DNA from: a virus
Strand: one strand, 5' to 3'
IMG/VR virus record: IMGVR_UViG_3300025030_000053
Location: 1 to 64,000 of that record
Length of the DNA stretch: 64,000 nt
Part shown: positions 9,158 through 18,837 of the stretch, piece after piece
Layout of the letters: each line of letters starts with the position of its first letter
Position numbering within the stretch: position 1 is the first letter of the stretch
The notes under the pieces: generated by a model
Seen by the model: only the letters and a program-made list of their open reading frames with translations
What the model was told of the DNA's origin: nothing
The model's database searches: none
Translations under genes and position numbers: made by a program

Positions 9158-10150
9158 TCAATCTTTTATTTCAAATTTGGCTACACAATAATCATTGATC
9201 AGAGTCAAAGCAATATATTTGAAAATAACCATTCCATATCTGAGCTGCTTTGGATCATCTGCTTCTAATTCTTGATTGTCTATTTTGATTGTAGCCATTC
9301 CAAGAGATCCAGGTCCTGCGAGTGTATAGCAAGTATTTTTGGGGACCATATAACTTTGATTGATATTTATCTTTCCAGGAATGAAATCTGATGTGTCATT
9401 CACGACTAAATTGTCTTTTTCCAAATCAAAATACTCTTCAGCTCTCTCCCACACCGAAGGATGTATCAAAATGTTATGGCAACTAACTCCGTGAGCTTTC
9501 AATTTGGCAGTTGCACTTTTGTATCCTTTTTTAACATCTTCAATATCAAATGATCCCACAAAATGATCTTTGTGTATCCAAGTAGATTGTTGCGGTATGA
9601 ATGTCTCATCCCCTTTGTCTTTAGAACCTGACAATGATAGATCAGAAATTTGGTTGCCAAGGACTTGTTCCAACAACATAACAATATGCTGGTCTTCATT
9701 TCTGGCAAGGGTTTCTACGGCTTTTTGTCGAACGGATTCTTTTCGTCCAGGGCAATCTTCTACTATTTTCCAAGTAGGATTGGTGGCCAAAGTGAAAAAC
9801 TCTGGTGATATTTCTTCAGCTTGCACAATCATATCTGGAACAGAGCCTCGTTGCGGAATTCTATAGCTCACCACAGAAAACCCTCGTTTATATACTGGTT
9901 TATCATTTAGTCCCACGTAGTCAGGTTTGAATATTTTTCTTGAAAATGGGATGTATTGATCTTCCTCAATCTCAAAATCTATCTCTGATTTGACATCATC
10001 TCGCAGAACTTCTTTGTTCAAAGCCACACGAATCACATCAGACAAAGATATTTCGCAAGAAAATGTTTCTGACATCTCTTGTGCTTTGGTTCTCAAACTT
10101 TCCAAAAGTTCTTCATCTAATCTGACATTGATTTGTTTTGTTTCACCCAT
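9158..10150 (-). CDS. Ribbon-helix-helix domain fused to a divergent major capsid protein paralog
   Basis: N-terminal KQINVRLDEELLESLR...SLSDVIRVAL (Arc/CopG-type RHH). The rest aligns with MCP 15118..15978, e.g. VVSYRIPQRGSVPDMIVQAEE vs VVSYVIPKRGSVPDMLVEAEE, plus MVPKNT, DDPKQLR and INDY. Confidence 0.85.
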   Translation of the reverse strand: MGETKQINVRLDEELLESLRTKAQEMSETFSCEISLSDVIRVALNKEVLRDDVKSEIDFEIEEDQYIPFSRKIFKPDYVGLNDKPVYKRGFSVVSYRIPQRGSVPDMIVQAEEISPEFFTLATNPTWKIVEDCPGRKESVRQKAVETLARNEDQHIVMLLEQVLGNQISDLSLSGSKDKGDETFIPQQSTWIHKDHFVGSFDIEDVKKGYKSATAKLKAHGVSCHNILIHPSVWERAEEYFDLEKDNLVVNDTSDFIPGKININQSYMVPKNTCYTLAGPGSLGMATIKIDNQELEADDPKQLRYGMVIFKYIALTLINDYCVAKFEIKD

Positions 10151-10200
10151 AATATCTCTCCATTTCGTATAACAATGTAAAGCTTCGCTATACAGATATA

Positions 10201-11331
10201 TTATATCAATTTTTTTGAGAAAACAAACAAGTTCTCATTCTTTTTTTGCACAATTCCAGATTTTGCCTTACCAGAAAGATGACTCCTGGATGTGATCAAC
10301 GGAAATTGCTCAATCAATGTCATTCCCATCTTTTCGCACACAGAAACCATATCCTTTGCCAATTCACGAGAATCAACTTCGTTGACGGCAATCATCCCGA
10401 ATTTTGCATCATCAGCCATCACCTTCAAGCAATTTTCAATTGTCATTTTCCAATATCCATCCAGCCAATCTGAATAATTCCCAAACATCTGAACACTTTG
10501 CGAAGCATCAGAAGAATAGTTTTCAAGATTGAAATAGGGCGGACAAGAGAACACAAAATCGCACACAGGAACGTCAAAGGAGTCAGTTGAGGGTTGCTTC
10601 AGAACCTCACCAGTGCCTCCAAAACAAATCAAGAGGTCATTCAGGCTGTCAGCAGTCAAAGGATCCACGGCAAAATATTCTAGCCCCTCTGACAAGGCTC
10701 CCAGTGCCCTGGCACCCCAGCCGGCAGAATAGTCAAACACCCTTTTAGAAGCATATCTGTGATAGATCCACTTGGCGACTGCGGGTTTGAACTGAGACAC
10801 AGAATAGGACAAACCAGAAGATCTCATTCCTTGAATGAGCATAGGATTTGACATCGCAAACACATATGGTCTCTCGTGCCCATCTTCCTCCATTGAACAC
10901 CACCCCATCCGATTCTGGATGACCCTCATCAATTTGGAGTCATCGTTGAACACGTCAAAACAAGAAAAAGTTTTAGAATCGCCGCGAGCAGCATAGAAAT
11001 ATTGCCCACAGAAATGTTTGACAATATCCGTGGCACATGAATCTGAATTTTTGATGCAATCATTGACAAGCACGACTGATTCGTCCTTCTCTTTCAATTT
11101 TTCGAAGGATTTATGCAATTGTTTGTTGTTCAAAAATGGTAAAGGAAAGCCAGAAGATCGAAAATAATCAAAAACCCATTGAGCCAAATCAACTCTGTCC
11201 TGTCCTGACTTAGACCAGATGTATTCAGCAGTCAATGGATTTCCTGCTGGGTCAACCAAGGAAAATTTTGAATTGGTTTCAATCAAATATGGGTTTGACG
11301 AATTCAGACAATCAAATGGAACATCATTCAT
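10201..11331 (-). CDS. SAM-dependent DNA amino-methyltransferase-like protein
   Basis: QFKPAVAK, VFDYSAGWGAR (SAM-binding), FSCPPYFNLENYS (PPY catalytic motif). Confidence 0.8.
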   Translation of the reverse strand: MNDVPFDCLNSSNPYLIETNSKFSLVDPAGNPLTAEYIWSKSGQDRVDLAQWVFDYFRSSGFPLPFLNNKQLHKSFEKLKEKDESVVLVNDCIKNSDSCATDIVKHFCGQYFYAARGDSKTFSCFDVFNDDSKLMRVIQNRMGWCSMEEDGHERPYVFAMSNPMLIQGMRSSGLSYSVSQFKPAVAKWIYHRYASKRVFDYSAGWGARALGALSEGLEYFAVDPLTADSLNDLLICFGGTGEVLKQPSTDSFDVPVCDFVFSCPPYFNLENYSSDASQSVQMFGNYSDWLDGYWKMTIENCLKVMADDAKFGMIAVNEVDSRELAKDMVSVCEKMGMTLIEQFPLITSRSHLSGKAKSGIVQKKNENLFVFSKKLI

Positions 11332-12080
11332 CTTTTTTCACTTCCAAAAAACACTTTTTTCTCCAAAAAAACTGGAAATTTTTTCTTGTATTTCAAAACA
11401 CCCCCAGAGGAAGCCCCCCAGTTGATCAGAAAAGGTTTCTGAATTTCTTTGAAAATTCTTTCAAAGGTATTGAAATCAATGAACAGGCACAGATTCCTCA
11501 ACGACACATCATTCTTCCGAATGACATATCTGAAACATCCATCGTCAGAAATTTTCGACACCACAGAATACCCCACCAACCTGCCATTCAGATAGAAGAA
11601 ATTTGACCACAAATCTTGTTTTTCAAATTCCCAGAATTTGCGGAAAAAATTGCGATCATATCCAGAATGACGCTGCCAGCCATATTTATCGCCAGACTGA
11701 TCATCCCACATATCGATCAATGACGAAACTTCGCCAAAAGAGATCGGATTGTCTTGGATGTCAATTTGTTGGTTGAAATGATTCCTGGTTTCTCTAATCT
11801 CAGAAAATTCCTTTCCTGACAAATTGAAAAATTCTTCATCAAATTCAGATAAAACAAGAATTGATGAATATGTCGAACATCTTTTGTCAAGATTTTCTTT
11901 GGACGGCAAATATCCCCAAGAAATTCTGTTAGACAATGGGAAATCTGACAAACTCACGGAATCATCGAACACAACAACTTGTTTGGAATTTTTCCAAAAA
12001 CCAGCCCAATCATCGAATGGTTTGGCGGTTTTTGACATCATTCCTTGAATTGTGTGGCGATTGATATAATCGTCAACCAT
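11328..12080 (-). CDS. DUF2156 / LPG-synthase C-terminal-like GNAT-fold transferase
   Basis: FNLSGKEFSEIRETRNHF, FYLNGRLVGYSV, IRKND...LCLFID, INWG...VLKYKKKFP resemble the aminoacyl-tRNA-dependent transferase domain. Confidence 0.55.
   Translation of the reverse strand: MVDDYINRHTIQGMMSKTAKPFDDWAGFWKNSKQVVVFDDSVSLSDFPLSNRISWGYLPSKENLDKRCSTYSSILVLSEFDEEFFNLSGKEFSEIRETRNHFNQQIDIQDNPISFGEVSSLIDMWDDQSGDKYGWQRHSGYDRNFFRKFWEFEKQDLWSNFFYLNGRLVGYSVVSKISDDGCFRYVIRKNDVSLRNLCLFIDFNTFERIFKEIQKPFLINWGASSGGVLKYKKKFPVFLEKKVFFGSEKR
11551..11657. repeat. 107-bp direct repeat, copy 1 (copy 2 at 12308..12414)
   Basis: 105/107 identical by manual alignment. Confidence 0.9.
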
Positions 12081-12816
12081 TTAGTTTTTCCTTTATGATG
12101 CACAGATATACCTCTTCAACAGATTTCACCGGGAATTTGTTCTTGTATTCCAACAATTTCTTTCCGGAAGTTCCCCAATCAATCAAAAACGGCAGTTGAA
12201 TTTCATTGAAAATTCTTTCAAAGGTCTTGAAATCCAAAAACAAAGAAAGATCTTTCAAGGAGATGTCATTTTTGCCCATCAAATAGTTGTAGCAGTTGTC
12301 CTGTCCGATTTTCGACACCACAGAATACCCCACCAACCTGCCATTCAGATAGAAGAAATTGGACCACAAATCTTGTTTTTCAGATTCCCAGAATTTGCGG
12401 AAAAAATTGCGATCTCGACCGGAGCGAATCGACTGCCAGGCAAAAGTCTCAGAACGTTGTTCATCCCATATGTCAATCAAGGACATCACGTCATTCAATG
12501 AATCAAATTCATCTCGGATTTCCACTGATGAATATCTGTTCAGTGCAGCTCGGAATTTTCTCCATCTGTGCCCCGAAAGACTCAGGAACTCAGAGTCAAT
12601 CTCTGCGATTGATTTGAAAAGTTTGTATTTTGTTGAAACACCAGGAATGAGAGATGGGTCTTTGACATCGCGGATCTGAATTTGTTGAGCAGAAATTTTC
12701 GTTGGCTGCCAAACGACAAGAGTTTTTTTCTTAGAATTTGTCCAAAAACCAGACCAATCATCGAGGGGAATGCAATTTTTCGACATCAGTGATTGAATTT
12801 CGTGCCTGGGAACCAT
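12073..12816 (-). CDS. DUF2156-like GNAT-fold transferase, paralog of 11328..12080
   Basis: LSLSGHRWRKFRAALNRY; shared block KQDLWSNFFYLNGRLVGYSVVSKI. Confidence 0.55.
   Translation of the reverse strand: MVPRHEIQSLMSKNCIPLDDWSGFWTNSKKKTLVVWQPTKISAQQIQIRDVKDPSLIPGVSTKYKLFKSIAEIDSEFLSLSGHRWRKFRAALNRYSSVEIRDEFDSLNDVMSLIDIWDEQRSETFAWQSIRSGRDRNFFRKFWESEKQDLWSNFFYLNGRLVGYSVVSKIGQDNCYNYLMGKNDISLKDLSLFLDFKTFERIFNEIQLPFLIDWGTSGKKLLEYKNKFPVKSVEEVYLCIIKEKLNG
12308..12414. repeat. 107-bp direct repeat, copy 2
   Basis: Matches 11551..11657 with 2 mismatches. Confidence 0.9.
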
Positions 12817-13980
12817 TTATTTCTCCATGTCGAACTTGTAGTACATCACCGGCGGCAATTGTTGCCAGGGAATCTGTTCTAGCAATGTGCGATATTCTGC
12901 TGCTCCGAACCAGAGCCAAAAATATTCAGAATCGTCAGAATTGTCAATCCTGGCGTCAACACCGAATTTGTCTTTGAAAAATTGAGACATCATCTTGTGA
13001 TCCTGCTCATCAAAATTGTGAGTGCAAAGTGTCAAACCAGTTCCATGACGACTTCCATCATCAGCAATCCAAATTGCGACGGACAATGGAGTGATCTTGT
13101 CCAGCCACCATTGAGAGATTACTCGCTTCTTGGAAGAAATATAGATCTTGTCGTAGATTTCCTTCCACAAGGAATGGTACGGCAAGTCGAATTTATAGAC
13201 TCGTTGAGAGATTTCTTCATCTGTCAACGAGGCTGCCATTTTCACGGAAACATGATGTCCTGACTGATCAGAAAGGTAAGTTTTTGGATGCCATCTGAGC
13301 ATTTTTTGGGATTTCCAAAAAGCATATTCTCGCTGCTTTGGACCATGCGATTCTCGAAAACAGAAATTGTTGTCTTTTTGTTTGCAGATGCAGCCATCGC
13401 CGAGCAAAGATCCAAAAATGACAGACTCCTCTTCTGGCGTGAGATCGTTTGGAAGATGTCGACGAAAAACATCCGATCTGCGTCGTTTTGTGATGACCAA
13501 TTCTTTGAGTTTGTCCCTTACGGAAAGATAGGTTTTCCCAGGAATTGATTGATTTATTTGTTTGACAGGAACCAATTCTGAATATTTTTCCAAAAGAATT
13601 TTTTCTTCATCAGGTGTCCATTGAATATTCTCCTCTATTTCTTCAAAAGATTGCTTTGTTCTGCATTGTTTGCAAAGACCATTCGAAGAATGTGGGATTT
13701 TAGATGTTCCACACTGAACGCAACAATCATGTTCTCTTGACCACATTCCTGATGGCAATTGGCTGTTGCTTCCCTTTTTTCCGCGCTTTGAATCTCCGCT
13801 TGCTTTGGCTATTTTTGCGACTCTGGGATCGGATTTGTCCTTTCCTTTCATCCAGGCTTCTCTCAATGGGTCATCTGGAAATTGCTTTTTGAATTCCCCA
13901 ACGGACAATTTGTGTGTTTGACGGACATGGGACAAAATCGATTTCTCAAAATCATTCTGGCAGATTGGACATTTCAGCAT
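12817..13980 (-). CDS. LAGLIDADG homing endonuclease with N-terminal zinc fingers and Myb-like segment
   Basis: IFGSLLGDG and VAIWIADDGS motifs; CPIC..H...H; WTPDEEKILLE. Confidence 0.85.
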   Translation of the reverse strand: MLKCPICQNDFEKSILSHVRQTHKLSVGEFKKQFPDDPLREAWMKGKDKSDPRVAKIAKASGDSKRGKKGSNSQLPSGMWSREHDCCVQCGTSKIPHSSNGLCKQCRTKQSFEEIEENIQWTPDEEKILLEKYSELVPVKQINQSIPGKTYLSVRDKLKELVITKRRRSDVFRRHLPNDLTPEEESVIFGSLLGDGCICKQKDNNFCFRESHGPKQREYAFWKSQKMLRWHPKTYLSDQSGHHVSVKMAASLTDEEISQRVYKFDLPYHSLWKEIYDKIYISSKKRVISQWWLDKITPLSVAIWIADDGSRHGTGLTLCTHNFDEQDHKMMSQFFKDKFGVDARIDNSDDSEYFWLWFGAAEYRTLLEQIPWQQLPPVMYYKFDMEK

Positions 13981-13981
13981 T

Positions 13982-15010
13982 TTAGTTTCCTTTCAAATAG
14001 TGATCTATTTTCTTCTTTTTTCGAGTCAAAAAGATTGTTGCATTGGCATACATCTTTGGAATAATCTTTGACATTTGGTTATTTCCATTGTATCTCATCC
14101 TAAAAATAGTTTTGTCTTTGTTTCTTGGAGATATTTTGGTTCGATTGACATTGCATTCAGATATCAAAAATTCTTGACAACCAGACAGGACATCCATAGT
14201 TCCTGTGATATCAAGCGAATGGCAACCACCTTCAGAATCTTGAGAATAGAATCCGCCATCTCCATCATTCAATCCCCTTACCAAGTGCCATTGCAATTCT
14301 GTGTTTTCCAAATCAACCCATTTGGCAATAAAAGTTTTTCTAGGAACAATGTCATACTTTGCAAGATCTGAACAAAGTTTGTTGTTTCTGATTTCAAGTG
14401 AGCAATGACTGGGTTTGTCATTGATTTTGTGGTCAGAATCCAAACATTGCAGCAATTTGACAAGAATTTCACGATCCTGGTTGTGAATCGTGATTCTCAA
14501 TTTTTTGGCAGCCGTTCCATAATCTCCGATGGATCCATCGGCAAGGATGAAACCAAGAAAATAAGCCTTTGCTTCTGAATCTATCGTTTCAAAAAAGTTT
14601 TCATTGCAATGGTGTTTTTTGTGGGATTCGCTATTCGTTCGAAATGGAATGTTATTTTGTTTAAGTATTTTTCTGATTGGAATTGTTGAAGTGCCAAATT
14701 TATTTGCTATCTGAATCAAAGTCATTCCAGATTGGTAGTCTAAAATCACCCGTTGTTCATCTTCGTTTGACTGAATTTTTCTCAAATGTACCACTCCAAT
14801 TCTCGTTGCGTCAGATTTGTTCCTTCCTGGAATTTTGTTCAGCAACAAAATCTTGTCAATTCCTCCGGCTGTGAAATTGAATTGCGTGGCAAGTTCAAAA
14901 CAGGTTGTTTCTGTGTTTTGATAGTCATCGCAAATTTTCTGTTCATCTGCTTCTGAAATTTTCTTTTGAAAAGGCATCGAAATTTCTCCTTCGTGAAAGA
15001 GATTACTCAA
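13982..15010 (-). CDS. LAGLIDADG homing endonuclease with N-terminal HTH repeats
   Basis: KAYFLGFILADGSI and HLVRGLNDGDGG; GMTLIQIANKFG HTH. Start uncertain. Confidence 0.85.
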   Translation of the reverse strand: MSNLFHEGEISMPFQKKISEADEQKICDDYQNTETTCFELATQFNFTAGGIDKILLLNKIPGRNKSDATRIGVVHLRKIQSNEDEQRVILDYQSGMTLIQIANKFGTSTIPIRKILKQNNIPFRTNSESHKKHHCNENFFETIDSEAKAYFLGFILADGSIGDYGTAAKKLRITIHNQDREILVKLLQCLDSDHKINDKPSHCSLEIRNNKLCSDLAKYDIVPRKTFIAKWVDLENTELQWHLVRGLNDGDGGFYSQDSEGGCHSLDITGTMDVLSGCQEFLISECNVNRTKISPRNKDKTIFRMRYNGNNQMSKIIPKMYANATIFLTRKKKKIDHYLKGN

Positions 15011-15046
15011 TTTTCAAGCTGTTTTCAATGACTTTCAAGAGATTGC

Positions 15047-15084
15047 AAAAGAAAAACTTCCAGGGTTGAATCTGGAAGTTTTTC
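15047..15084 (-). terminator. Intrinsic terminator downstream of MCP
   Basis: 13-bp perfect stem GAAAAACTTCCAG/CTGGAAGTTTTTC, 8-nt loop, T-rich tail on the minus strand. Confidence 0.8.
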
Positions 15085-15117
15085 GGCAATTAGTTTCACT
15101 GATTTTTTAGGTCAGGA

Positions 15118-15978
15118 TTAGTTGTTCACGATTCTGATTTGCGCGGTTGCGTAATCGTTTATGACGGCTATTCCGAGCTCTTCGTAGATAACCCACCCAA
15201 GTCTTAGTTGTTTAGGATCATCTGATGGCAGAACTGTGATGTCCTGTCTGATAGGCATTGCACCTACAAATTCTCCCGGAGCCAACACATAGACTGTGTT
15301 CTTTGGAACCATCGTGGAAACATGTATGTCCGCGGTCCATAGGTGGCCGTAGAGACCTGACATGATGACGTCTCGTTGAGTTGCCTCATCGAAAAAGTCT
15401 TTGCCCCAAGCTCTCACGTCCTTGTATCGGAATGGATGGCAAACAACTTTTGCGCCAACCAATTCATGCTCTTCAATCAAGGCTAGTGCCAAGTTGATGT
15501 GATCAGGAGCAAGATTTCCAGCTACGGTGACAGTATGAGCGGCAGGGATGCCAGCTTGAAGAATTCGGAATACTTCCCGATCTTCCTGTCTTTGTAGAGA
15601 ATCTTTTGCTCTGATTTGAGCACGATCCACAATATAGAATCTTCGTGCGCGAATTTCTTGCAGTCTGATTGTTGGGTTACAAGCAAGTTCCCAAGTAGGA
15701 ACAAGCAGTTCTTCAGCTTCGACGAGCATGTCAGGCACGGATCCACGTTTTGGAATTACGTAAGACACGACAGCAACGTCTCTTTCGTATCTTGGAAGAG
15801 CGCCTTGGGGAAGTTCGTCAACCATCAAAAGTTTTCTACCAATTGCTTGGTATTCCAACGCAATTTTGATTGGTTCTACCATGGCCTGGGCAAGAGACAC
15901 GCGACCTTCTGGCGTATCTAGTGCTTGAGCGATGATTTCTTCTTTTTGCTCATTCACATTTCGTTTGATTAGACTCAT
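15118..15978 (-). CDS. Major capsid protein (HK97 fold, compact, no delta domain)
   Basis: GRVSLAQAMVEPI..LEYQAIGRKLLMVDELPQGALPRYERD; follows portal-protease-scaffold; strong RBS and terminator. Confidence 0.88.
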   Translation of the reverse strand: MSLIKRNVNEQKEEIIAQALDTPEGRVSLAQAMVEPIKIALEYQAIGRKLLMVDELPQGALPRYERDVAVVSYVIPKRGSVPDMLVEAEELLVPTWELACNPTIRLQEIRARRFYIVDRAQIRAKDSLQRQEDREVFRILQAGIPAAHTVTVAGNLAPDHINLALALIEEHELVGAKVVCHPFRYKDVRAWGKDFFDEATQRDVIMSGLYGHLWTADIHVSTMVPKNTVYVLAPGEFVGAMPIRQDITVLPSDDPKQLRLGWVIYEELGIAVINDYATAQIRIVNN

Positions 15979-16001
15979 TATAGTCCTCCTATTAGATTAG
16001 A

Positions 16002-16667
16002 TTAGCTCAACAGATTTTCACTCAAACCAGTAAGTCTGACGTGAAGGAATCCAGTAGTTACGGCTGGATCAATGATTCTTGCTACGACTGGACCATCAGT
16101 CCCGACAGCGTCGACAAAAACGAATTTACCGGCGTTGGTGAGGCTGTTAGCAGTTGCACCGAAAGTCAAAGGACTATCGATCGCAAATGTTGGAGCCACT
16201 GCTTGATCTTGAACGGCTGTATCAGTTGTTGAATCTGATGCATATTGATCTGTCTTCAGTCTGCTTTGTCCGCTGACCACTGCGATAGGTCTGCGAGCGG
16301 CTCTGGTAGAACCAGCAGTCCAATTTTGAACGACTGACCCAAGAGACTCATCATACAGATCTCTCAATGCTCTTTTTGGTCTAGCATAGGCTTCTGGTCC
16401 ACTAAAATCAGAGACGCTCAGCCCGGTTGTTGAATCATGTGAATAGTTGCCAGGGTTAACTGGATCAACTACTGCCATAGTATTTCCTGAAGTTGCAGTA
16501 TCATCATAGGCTACGCCCAAGAATCTAACCGTTGTATCAGCTCTATCCGATGGAACTACCACAGGACTTCCAGAACTATCATCAAGGCTCACCGCCATGC
16601 CGGAATAGATGCTGTCTGCACCTTCATAGTTGTCAATTAGAACATGTTGCAGTACGAATACTCCCAT
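16002..16667 (-). CDS. Putative capsid cement/decoration protein
   Basis: Beta-rich Ser/Thr/Gly/Val ORF immediately upstream of MCP; GGAGGT RBS. Confidence 0.55.
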   Translation of the reverse strand: MGVFVLQHVLIDNYEGADSIYSGMAVSLDDSSGSPVVVPSDRADTTVRFLGVAYDDTATSGNTMAVVDPVNPGNYSHDSTTGLSVSDFSGPEAYARPKRALRDLYDESLGSVVQNWTAGSTRAARRPIAVVSGQSRLKTDQYASDSTTDTAVQDQAVAPTFAIDSPLTFGATANSLTNAGKFVFVDAVGTDGPVVARIIDPAVTTGFLHVRLTGLSENLLS

Positions 16668-16672
16668 GTTAT

Positions 16673-18775
16673 TTACCTCCTATAAACTCTTCTGCCTTTG
16701 TCGTCGAAATCATCGACTGATGGGGCAGTGAAGAGATTTCTCAATTGATCTCCAAATGTTGCCGGACCCTCATTGACCATTGAGAAGTTTCGGGCTAACC
16801 CGGAACTTGCTGTTTTGGTCATCGATGTTGAGTGTGCGGCAACAACCGATTTTCTTTCTCTTTGTGCCAATTTGACTGCATGGTCGCAGAATGATTTCAT
16901 TGCTTCTACAGACATATTGTCATCCAAGAGTGTTTCAGCTTGTTCTTCCACGTCGGAAGAATCGATCAGACCAGCGCCGACCATTCTGGCGGCGGTTCGA
17001 TAGGCTTCAGTTTTACGTGCAGCATTTCGACTGGTCTCGGCAAGAGTTCTTTTTAGTGCTTCATTTTCGGCTTCTTTTTCGAATTCTCCAGCATTTAGTT
17101 CCATGTCGTGAGCGTTTTTATCTTTAGGCGCTCCACCTTTCTTGCCTTGTGTCTTGAACCCGCCGTCCCCATTGGGATCTCGGGTCACAGAATTGCCTTC
17201 AGCTTCACAAAGTTCCTCACCCCAATCTTCAGACCATTGCTGTCGATTGACTTCAGATTCTTTGACTAGTTGAACGGCTTTTGCGATAGTTGCTTGGCAT
17301 CCTGGGCAATACTCATCTTGAATAGCGCTTCGTGAAAGAACAAATCTTCCTTTGCAATCTTCACATTCTACAATGTGAACTTCTTCATTATTTTCTTCGT
17401 ATGCATCGCATTCTTTGTTAGCAACTTTTTGTCTCAATTTGTCTTCGTTTTGATTCTCTTTGAATCTTCTCAATGCATTTGAGGCATATTTCTTTGAGGT
17501 CAAATATTCAAATGCTGCTCTCAATTGTCCATCACTTCTGACTTCATCAAGTGTCAATTCAAGACCTTCTTCATCTTCACTTGAAGCCACGGTGACTTTT
17601 CTTTGTTTGGTTGTGTCAAGTTGTGTTGGAGTTTCAAACTCCCCAAAACTTTTCTCACCACCCTCAGATGGGACTGGAGCATTAGCAAATGTGACTGATT
17701 GTTTTGCCAGATCGCCATATTCGCCTTCAAATTTCATTTTGCCTCTTGCATTTTCTTGTTGCAAAAGTGTCCCTGCCATATCGGTGGGAGCATCGAAATA
17801 GAGATAGTTTGGATCTTTCTTGAGGCTATTGCCTTCGGATCCTTGAAGAGTCATAGTTTTTCCATCTTCACCAGGTCCGGCCACACCATGCTCTTGGCTT
17901 TGTTCCATTCTGAATGACTTCAGAGATGGGGACTCTCGTCCATCGCCAGATCTAGCGGTGTCATCACCGAGATGTCTGTCGTTAAGTTTATCGGTCTTAT
18001 ACAGCTCTTCTGCTGTGACCTTTCTCTTGCCAACAGAAGCAAGGATTTTTTGTCTTTCGGCTTCTCTTCGAGCCAACAATGCCTTTCTATCTCTTGGCAT
18101 TTCCTCTTCTCCTATTTCTCCTCTGTCCTCAGTGAGTGGCTCTCCCAATGGTTCCTCGTCTAAACCTTCTTCATCGCTTCTGAATTCATCTTCTGCGAAT
18201 TCTTCATCATCTCCGAAAGGTTCTTCCAAAGAACTAACATCTTCTACCTCTTCTCCACTTGAGGGTTCAAATACAACTCTAAGTTTTCCACCTGGAACAT
18301 CGATTTCTTCGATGAGTTCGCCTTCTTCTCCAGGTAATTCATTAACGTCTTCTAGTACGGGTTCTTCTGAATCAAGATCTAGTCCTTCTCCTCCAAAGTC
18401 TGGTTCTTCAACTTCTTCAGCATCTTCTTCAATGCCTTCAAGTCTATCATCATCCAAATCTTCTTCGAGTTCGACATGATCGTCTTCGGGTTCTTCAACT
18501 GCTGCATCGGCGTCGTCTTTGCCGGCCATTGGTAGGACTTCCTCTTTTAGATCTTCAAGTCCAGCTTCTTTTGCAAGTTGTCTTTTTAGTTCAGCATAGT
18601 ATTTGTCTCTGAGAACAGAGGCAGCAATCTTTGCGTCTTTTTCGCTGTAGTTCATTTGTTTGAAGATTTCAACGGCATCGTTGTAATCTTTTTCTTTTGT
18701 AGCTTCAGCGAGAGCCAACTTTGAAGCATATTTCTTTCTAGCTTCGGAGTTCCTTTGGCCTTTTGTAGTTGCCAT
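16673..18775 (-). CDS. Putative scaffolding/internal head protein
   Basis: Highly acidic and helical, one CxxC..CxxC motif, many K/R-x-A motifs; lies between protease and MCP. Confidence 0.6.
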   Translation of the reverse strand: MATTKGQRNSEARKKYASKLALAEATKEKDYNDAVEIFKQMNYSEKDAKIAASVLRDKYYAELKRQLAKEAGLEDLKEEVLPMAGKDDADAAVEEPEDDHVELEEDLDDDRLEGIEEDAEEVEEPDFGGEGLDLDSEEPVLEDVNELPGEEGELIEEIDVPGGKLRVVFEPSSGEEVEDVSSLEEPFGDDEEFAEDEFRSDEEGLDEEPLGEPLTEDRGEIGEEEMPRDRKALLARREAERQKILASVGKRKVTAEELYKTDKLNDRHLGDDTARSGDGRESPSLKSFRMEQSQEHGVAGPGEDGKTMTLQGSEGNSLKKDPNYLYFDAPTDMAGTLLQQENARGKMKFEGEYGDLAKQSVTFANAPVPSEGGEKSFGEFETPTQLDTTKQRKVTVASSEDEEGLELTLDEVRSDGQLRAAFEYLTSKKYASNALRRFKENQNEDKLRQKVANKECDAYEENNEEVHIVECEDCKGRFVLSRSAIQDEYCPGCQATIAKAVQLVKESEVNRQQWSEDWGEELCEAEGNSVTRDPNGDGGFKTQGKKGGAPKDKNAHDMELNAGEFEKEAENEALKRTLAETSRNAARKTEAYRTAARMVGAGLIDSSDVEEQAETLLDDNMSVEAMKSFCDHAVKLAQRERKSVVAAHSTSMTKTASSGLARNFSMVNEGPATFGDQLRNLFTAPSVDDFDDKGRRVYRR

Positions 18776-18837
18776 GTAAACACCCTCCTATCAGGTTTTG
18801 CAGTTTTGACACTTTTTGGTGTCTTGTTTTTGACTAT

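Noticed and set aside
11551-12414. Diversity-generating retroelement TR/VR pair
   Set aside because: Only two mismatches, both copies lie mid-gene in coding paralogs, and no reverse transcriptase is in the window.
15118-15978. Cellular encapsulin operon
   Set aside because: Portal, terminase, protease and scaffold context shows a phage head module.
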